A stretch of 64,000 bases of DNA from Pocillopora damicornis (lineage: Eukaryota), in the NCBI RefSeq assembly GCF_003704095.1, contig NW_020847516.1, positions 310,001 through 374,000 on the forward strand, read 5' to 3'. The notes under the pieces were generated by a model. The model ran no database searches. It saw only the letters and a program-made list of their open reading frames with translations, and was not told the DNA's origin. Position numbers and translations under genes: made by a program. How positions within the stretch are numbered: the stretch's first letter is position 1; the number at the start of each line of letters is the position of its first letter. This document shows positions 59,935 to 64,000 of this stretch, piece after piece.

Positions 59935-62900
59935 TTAATACAAACTTATTACATTATTTGTAGTCAAATTTGAAAGAACAGAGCCCAGCAGAAGCATATA
60001 CATGCTTGCACCTATCAGAAAGATGTAGATGATACAAGGTAGCGTGACACTTCGCCGAGTGTGTGAAGTGTTTCGCCGTAACGGCCCCTGGTTAGCAGGG
60101 AGAGGCCATTTTCTGTACGCAGCTCGACGCTCAACTTTGTCACGTTTCCTGAAATACAAAATAATAGCCATGGTTCATAATTATGGTTCAAAACACATCG
60201 CTACTTCTCACACCTACTGACCCACAAATCGACGTACAAAAGGCGGATTTCTCACATTCGATTTAGCTACGACCGGTACTTCGTGCGGGAGACGCGGTGA
60301 ACAAATAGTCTGTGCGCTGGAATTCTGTTCTTGCGCAAAAGACTTTCCTTTCAGAGTGCCTCTCTCTCCAATAGCATCCTATTATCATGTGTTTTTTTTT
60401 TGTTTAGGTCAAGGACCAGCCAGGGAGTGAGAGCAATCACATTTGTTAAATATCCAAGCGATTCTTATTTTGCTCTCCCTCTGACCAATGACCATAGAAG
60501 AAAAAAGGGACTGTTAAGACTAGAGTATATCTTACCTAAGTAGCTGGGGATCATAAGTCTGCCTAATCTCATTTCTTAGTTCTGTGAAAAATTAGATAAA
60601 AAATCATATACCAGTTAGTAACCCTGTCTTTATAGGAACATACAATTATGCTAAGTACTGAGGTAATGAAATCTAATTTATATGCTGTTAAGGGGAAAAA
60701 GTCAGTTCACAGCTGTGGACCCTTCCTCACAAAACTAAGTGCGCAAGAACAGGTGTGGAGTACAAGAGTGATCCCGGTGCCTTCATGGTTGTTAAATTTC
60801 CCATGGCTCCTATTTCACCCACACCTTGGACAATGTAACAGGAAATAGAAGGTCTGTAACCAGACTATGGAAGGTCTGTAACCAGACTATGGAAGGTCTG
60901 TAACCAGACTATGGAAGGTCTGTAACCAGACTATGGAAGGTCTGTAACCAGACTATGGAAGGTCTGTAACCAGACTATGGAAGGTCTGTAACCAGACTAT
61001 GGAAGGTCTGTAACCAGACTATGGAAGATTGAGAGGAGTGGGTCCTGTAAAAAAGCACTTTGAGGCTCTTTTTGGGAAATCTATGGTCTGTTTAAAACAT
61101 GTTGAGTTTTCCACATATGCTATCATTTGACATCTACTGCTTGTCAATTATACTTTACGGCATTGTTAATTGCATATACTTTACCTGTTGCTGGTGTTAA
61201 TTGTTCGACTATTTGCCGGCACAAAGGGCATCTTACTGAGCCTCTACTACTGGTCCTGAAGTTTAACTGTCGTAAGCATGGGTCACAGAACACATGATCA
61301 CAAGAACATTTAAAAGGCTCGTAAAACAGATCCAGACACACAGCACAGCAATGGTGATCTTGGATTTCTACTGAAATAGTCTAAAATTGTTAAAAACAAC
61401 ACATGTGATTCAATGGTCAGTAGTACACTGTCTTCCAATCAATCATCTCAATAACTGGTCATTTCAATGTTTTAAGCAAAGGTGAGTTGCTATGAAAACT
61501 GCACTGAAAATTAAAAAGAGATGAAAATGTAAATAACTGAATACGACAAACTACTGCAAAAAGTGAAGAAGCTTGCAACTCTAAAACCAGCATGTGATAC
61601 ATGATAACAACTCAAAGGTCAACACCTGGAATCCAAGCACTCTTTCTCCAGTTCTAATTTGAACAAAAAGTTTACCCTCTTTCAATTAATTCCAGTTGTG
61701 TGCCACAAAAAAAAGCCATATACAGTTGAGGTACAGTGTAAGTGATTTTTACCTTTTTTTCCACTGTCTTACATAAAGGCTCACTGGAAACTTCATCAAC
61801 TGGCAAGCAACTGTAGTATGTCGTTTGATCTGAAAATTGGCAAATAGCTGACTTCTCTTCCCTCTGGTCAGTTGTTATGTCTAGTAAATTATTAGCTTCT
61901 GGTAATATTTGATGCCGTCCCTTTGTTTTCCTTCTGGATCTCTGCTTATAAGTTTCCTTGTCATTTAAAATGCCCCTTGCTCTACTTGTGTTTGAATTTA
62001 ACTTTGTAGCTTTAGAGGAATCACAATGCAGTGCACAGCTAAATCTACATGTATGCTGGGGCACTAACTCCTGGGCCTCATCTTGAGCAGTGTTTAACAA
62101 GGTTTCTGCTTCTAAGCCAGAATAAGGTTCATGCAATCTGATATTGCAACACTGTTTACAGTTATGAATGGGACATAACCCAGTTAGATGAGAAGTGTTT
62201 GGACAAATATCTTGCCGCACAGTACATGTAGATATCTCTCTCTTGCGCGAGCTAAACTTATATGCTAGCATTTTGAGAGAACTGGGTATGTTTTCCATCG
62301 CGATATCTGATGTTGAATTGCATGAAGATGTTCCTTCATCAATGCAGTGCCTAATATCTACAATGTAAAGTGAAACAGTTGCACAATCAGTTCATTTTTC
62401 ATGCAATTTACATACATGCAAAACATGTCTCTCCTTTTCAGCAACCCAACTGTTCTAGATGGGAATTAAATTTACAGTATTTTGCCAAAAACTGGGAATT
62501 TCCATGCATTTTCAGTCAGGTTTTGGTTTGCATGGCGGAATGTCAGTTAGAATTCCTAACAGTACACTTTTTACCATTACTAAACAACTATAAAACTTCA
62601 TATTGAAATCTTATGATTTTAGAGCATTTAGATAACTTTTATCATTGACAACATGATACAGTAATAAATTTGTAACTAACATTTCAAATGCACCTACATG
62701 TAAATTATATGCTCACCATTCCCCTCACTATCCACAAGTCTGCCATTGGCATCTACCACTGAGAATACTGAGGATGATGCAATCTGTGTTGTGTCTGTAT
62801 TTCCCCTGAAGTCTGTGTAATCAAACTCACTAATATTTCCAACAAAAGATTTTGTCATATTATTTTGTAGTTCTGCAGTTTTGCCAAAAGAGTTCCTTGT

Positions 62901-63947
62901 AGACTGATTGAAAGATATTGAAGGGCTCCTGATATCCAAATTTGTCATCTGACTTGTGGGCAAAATAAGATCAACTCTACTTTTTTGAATCCAGACAGCT
63001 GGGATAATAAACTTTCCACAGTTACAGTGTATTCCATGAATAAAGTCAAAAGCTCCTATTCGACTCTTGCATTTGGGGCAATACAATTTTCCCTCGGTCC
63101 ATTGAGCCTAGAGCACAAATAAAGATTATACATCAACCCTATAGAAAGTCATTCAGAAATCAAACTAAAAAGGGAGAAAACATGTGAACAAAAAACATCT
63201 CACATTTTTTTACAAGCAGTGGGCAAAGTAACTCTGATTTCTCTCTTTGACCACACTGAGGTTATCTATAATTACCCAAAAATCTTGCTATACAGTGTCT
63301 TCGTGGCAGTAAAGGTGACCATAAAATAAAAATTTCCCATTTCTTTCAGCTACCATAATTAAAAAAAGATCTTTAACTCAAAACACTAAACCCTTTAACC
63401 CCTTAGACTGTCCAGGATCTAATTTCTCCTCACAACATCCCCCTCTGAATCCTATATTAAGGTCACGAGAACAAGACAATGATCACCAACTTCTCCTCGT
63501 CAGCATCTGAGGAAATGCATATCGATCAGTAAGGAGAACATGCATACTAAGGGCGTAAATGGTTATTCATCTTAAACGTGTGATTCAAATTCAGAGTACC
63601 ATTCGCTTCGTTTGAGTCTTTATGGATGCCCACCTAAGGGGCATGTACTTCTTCACTAGTAGTACAAACTGAAACTCTCCTTTTTGTACCATGTAGCCTG
63701 CTGAGTTGCAAGCCTTCCAGAGCTAACTAACGGGACTAAAACACACCTCTTCCACGCTATCACGGACCCAAGGAAGCATTTCGTCATCTTCTAAGAACCA
63801 GGAAGAACATTTTTCGTGACTGAACAAATCTATTTGACCTGCCCCAAGTCTGTCTCTCTCCTTTTGATCTTTGTGAGATGCAAGTTGCTTGACGGAAAAA
63901 AGATTCAGTCGACACTTTCGACAACGAAATGATGAATCTTCGTCCAT
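59935..63947 (-). CDS. RNF180: E3 ubiquitin-protein ligase RNF180-like (6 exons, ~550 aa)
   Basis: Exons 63947-63747, 63107-62717, 62357-61753, 61380-61185, 60581-60536 and 60148-59935 (sum 1653 nt). N-terminal DUSP12-like Zn module (RCRKCR...CSSWF...WTEGKLYCPKCKSRIGAFDF...CNCG...KSRVD), C3HC4 RING (CAVCLDLFYEPFKCSCDHVFCDPCLRQL...CPLCR), KWPLP motif and C-terminal TM segment match RNF180 architecture. Confidence 0.88.
60848..61027. repeat. 22-bp minisatellite, 8 identical units, each with an internal hairpin
   Basis: (gaaggtctgtaaccagactatg)x8 + gaag. Each unit contains GTCTG-taac-CAGAC. It lies in RNF180 intron 4. Confidence 0.97.
63389..63565. mobile_element. MITE-like element related to 35618-35825
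   Basis: Ends aaccctttaaccccttag ... ctaagggcgtaaatggtt form imperfect TIRs. Internal aatttctcc and cagtaagga motifs are shared with the other copy. Confidence 0.55.
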
Positions 63948-64000
63948 AATGAATCAAAATATATGTTTTCCAAGTTTTTACAAGGCGAAAACTACCCGGT

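Noticed and set aside
60848-61027. CRISPR-like array (hairpin-forming direct repeats)
   Set aside because: Units abut with no unique spacers, there are no cas genes, and the context is a eukaryotic intron. It is a minisatellite.

Overview
AT-rich, intron-rich animal genomic DNA. The gene and repeat content suggests a cnidarian, probably a scleractinian coral (inference). I reconstructed six protein-coding genes by hand from GT-AG boundaries, and the exon lengths of all five spliced models sum to multiples of 3. (1) POC5 centriolar protein (+, 1577-9110). (2) An intronless Roc-COR (Roco-type) GTPase nested antisense in POC5 intron 3, with about 8 predicted transmembrane segments inserted inside the G domain; its 3' end is lost in a 100-N gap. 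(3) A ~1257-aa secreted multi-module protein with Q/P-rich, SEA, WSC, acidic and helical parts and many dibasic sites (+, 10209-26249). (4) A secreted signal peptide-EGF-lipoxygenase-fold protein with substituted iron ligands (+, 33876-41750). (5) A ~1407-aa secreted hyper-acidic (Glu-Ser-Gly)n polyprotein built from exon modules bounded by KRxxIP motifs (+, 46325-58615). (6) An RNF180-like RING E3 ligase (-, 63947-59935). Genes 3-5 form a co-oriented trio of unusual secreted proteins sharing SGE motifs, and genes 3 and 5 also share KRxxIP. Non-coding highlights are a near-perfect 1-kb palindrome of a Penelope-like GIY-YIG fragment with a minimal hammerhead ribozyme in each arm, a dispersed family of decayed hammerhead-bearing repeats, several MITE/SINE relics, a 22-bp hairpin minisatellite, and a CCAAT x3 + CHR cell-cycle-type promoter on POC5. 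No rRNA, tRNA or CRISPR array was seen.
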